DNA of 64,000 nt from Botryllus schlosseri (taxonomy: Eukaryota). How positions within the stretch are numbered: position 1 is the stretch's first letter; each line of letters opens with the position of its first letter. Positions 63,701-64,000 of this stretch are shown here, piece after piece. The notes under the pieces are model-generated. The model searched no databases. It was not told the origin of the DNA and saw only the letters and a program-made list of their open reading frames with translations. The stretch covers positions 19,964,001 through 20,028,000 of the forward strand of contig CM119379.1 in the NCBI GenBank assembly GCA_051294905.1. Reading direction: 5' to 3'. The position numbers and the translations under genes are program-made.

Positions 63701-63959
63701 AGCACAGTCCGGTTTGCACATGCATGAGATGATAGGTCGAAACCCACACCCATTCTAACCCACCAAGATCATTATATTCACAAGATTTGCTGTGAAGCAA
63801 TTATTGAATTTGATGTCGAACGGTTGATATTTGAATGAGCATACCTTCTCGCATAGTGATGTTTAGCATATGCAGATCTTACGTTCCCGTACGAATGCTT
63901 TTCGGGATCACCATACAAGCATCGACGTTTGTACGGGAGTACACTCATTTCGTCATCAT
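36751..63959 (-). CDS. Giant lectin-sushi-discoidin polycystin-1-like membrane receptor (5' end beyond the window)
   Basis: 52 phase-consistent exons (9764 nt, ~3,250 aa): 63959-63845, 63789-63662, 63534-63407, 63345-63231, 63057-62658, 62028-61892, 61831-61613, 61191-60985, 60926-60732, 59635-59575, 59522-59401, 59336-59226, 59040-58877, 58815-58724, 58672-58592, 57559-57444, 57388-57260, 57199-57056, 56995-56900, 56413-56321, 55378-55297, 54701-54592, 54526-54446, 54382-54260, 54168-53977, 53353-53150, 52014-51808, 51752-51564, 50963-50781, 49879-49688, 49628-49440, 49137-48937, 48674-48544, 48484-48391, 47797-47603, 47537-47340, 47278-47174, 47112-47017, 46567-46358, 46301-46092, 45335-45129, 44538-44338, 43264-43052, 42663-42475, 41707-41471, 41418-41231, 41115-40957, 40896-40786, 39920-39799, 39736-39526, 39465-38137, 37302-36751. 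Two donors must be GC. The single-gene model is inferred without RNA data. Confidence 0.72.
39650..41115 (-). CDS. F5/8 type C (discoidin)-like domain of the giant gene
   Basis: MFDGDPYTYWRP...EWTVEWDLDNDYAVASLRL...TFAIDMSLNGDGW...TRYIRLRI...YRFSVYG across four exons. Confidence 0.75.
41471..61831 (-). CDS. Array of ~28 sushi/CCP domains of the giant gene
   Basis: Repeated CxxP...N...Y.C..G(Y/H)W...C...G.W.P.P...C modules, mostly one per phase-1/phase-1 exon of 183-237 nt. Confidence 0.92.
49898..50321. mobile_element. hAT MITE (CAGGGTTGTAA family)
   Basis: Ends caaggttgtaatgactc / ggttacaaccctg; TSD catttttg / cgtttttg. Confidence 0.8.
51115..51154 (+). ncRNA. Minimal hammerhead-ribozyme-like motif (Penelope/retrozyme type), copy 1
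   Basis: accc CTGACGA gtgttagcc GAAA atat tt gggt: core motifs, stem I accc/gggt and palindromic AAATATTT. Part of a ~100-200 bp repeat. Confidence 0.5.
52129..52166 (+). ncRNA. Hammerhead-like motif, copy 2 (GAAA mutated to GATA)
   Basis: taacc CTGACGA gtgtcagcc GATA atat tc gggta, with the same downstream repeat (gaagttctgtacct). Confidence 0.4.
52242..53111. mobile_element. Tc1/pogo-type MITE, inverted relative of 3039-4026
   Basis: TIRs ccgtaattttccaagtata / tatacatgtaaaattactg with TA flanks; internal ~100-bp duplication at 52417/52517. Confidence 0.8.
54914..54952 (+). ncRNA. Hammerhead-like motif, copy 3 (CTGA mutated to CCGA)
   Basis: gattaccc CCGACGA gtgtcagtc GAAA tat tc gggtt, preceded by an inverted copy of the repeat tail (cttcttggaggtacagaa). 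Confidence 0.4.
55417..56285 (+). mobile_element. hAT deletion derivative with a transposase C-terminal remnant
   Basis: Termini TAGGGC / GCCCTA; TSD gtaatcag / gcaatcag. Contains a frameshifted LTTAAVERSFSILG...KDRHFLPENVGKY, the hAT dimerisation-type ERxFS motif. Confidence 0.82.
57444..59040 (-). CDS. Mannose-receptor CysR-type ricin B domain inserted within sushi domain 5
   Basis: FQIYHPNDEGCLAADG...WMWEDEYLIRNVGTQMCLAI...YLKPCKITDERQLWTC...LLAIK...SWTIQGS...ICS parallels MRC1 FLIYNEDHKRC...RWVSESQIMSVAFKLCLGV...QKWECKNDTLLGIK...RWKIYGTTDNLCS. Confidence 0.78.
57609..58238. mobile_element. Palindromic MITE with ~220-bp inverted arms
   Basis: 57620-57830 is the reverse complement of 57965-58230 apart from one insert; no clear TSD. 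Confidence 0.7.
59790..60176. mobile_element. hAT MITE (CAGGGTTGTAA family)
   Basis: TIRs cagggttgtaa / ttacaaccctg; internal sequence shared with the 49.9 and 62.2 kb copies. Confidence 0.78.
62185..62617. mobile_element. hAT MITE (CAGGGTTGTAA family)
   Basis: TIRs as above; perfect 8-bp TSD gcatcagc (62177-62184, 62618-62625). Confidence 0.9.
62658..63057 (-). CDS. Cys-rich WSC-like domain exon of the giant gene
   Basis: SCEF...EMAAACHLHG...WLC...GCFCG...DDACAQ...FQC...VVWCFR resembles WSC cysteine spacing; divergent. Confidence 0.45.
63231..63959 (-). CDS. N-terminal mannose-receptor CysR-type ricin B domain of the giant gene
   Basis: KRRCLYG...KSCEYNDLGGLEWVWVSTYHLMHVQTGLCLTA...LRVLNCNYTDELQHWTC...HIKLR...RYLCDE across four exons. 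Confidence 0.7.
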
Positions 63960-64000
63960 CTGATTCCAAGTTAGCGATGAGTATTCCATCTAATTACAGA

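Overview
Eukaryotic (metazoan invertebrate) genomic DNA, AT-rich, with spliceosomal genes whose short introns cluster at ~51-63 nt. A tunicate is possible, but the taxon cannot be fixed from this sequence. Genes reconstructed by hand: (1) a 4-coding-exon COMT/TOMT-family gene (minus, 4113-9590) that has lost most Mg2+/SAM/catalytic residues; (2) intronless UTP18 (21096-22730) and ZNHIT3 (22828-23223), same strand and only 97 bp apart; (3) an SH3BP5-family Rab11-GEF gene (minus, 23805 to at least 33092) with an N-terminal extension resembling a dynein-adaptor CC1 box; (4) a very large minus-strand gene (36751 to at least 63959, continuing off the window). For gene 4 I can join 52 exons in consistent phase (~3,250 aa): mannose-receptor-type ricin (CysR) domain, WSC-like domain, ~28 sushi/CCP domains (one split by a second ricin domain), an F5/8C discoidin domain, then only the TM1-PLAT-TM2-5 half of a polycystin-1-like protein. 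I found no GAIN/GPS domain and no six-TM channel half. Intergenic and intronic DNA is dense with nested transposons: a 3.7-kb FB/MULE-like foldback (9-bp TSD), a Galileo/P-like foldback (7-bp TSD) and a LINE inserted in the two TIRs of a Harbinger-like element, many hAT and Tc1/pogo derivatives with TSDs, SINEs, and three copies of a minimal hammerhead-like motif. All annotation is manual; no alignment or database search was run.
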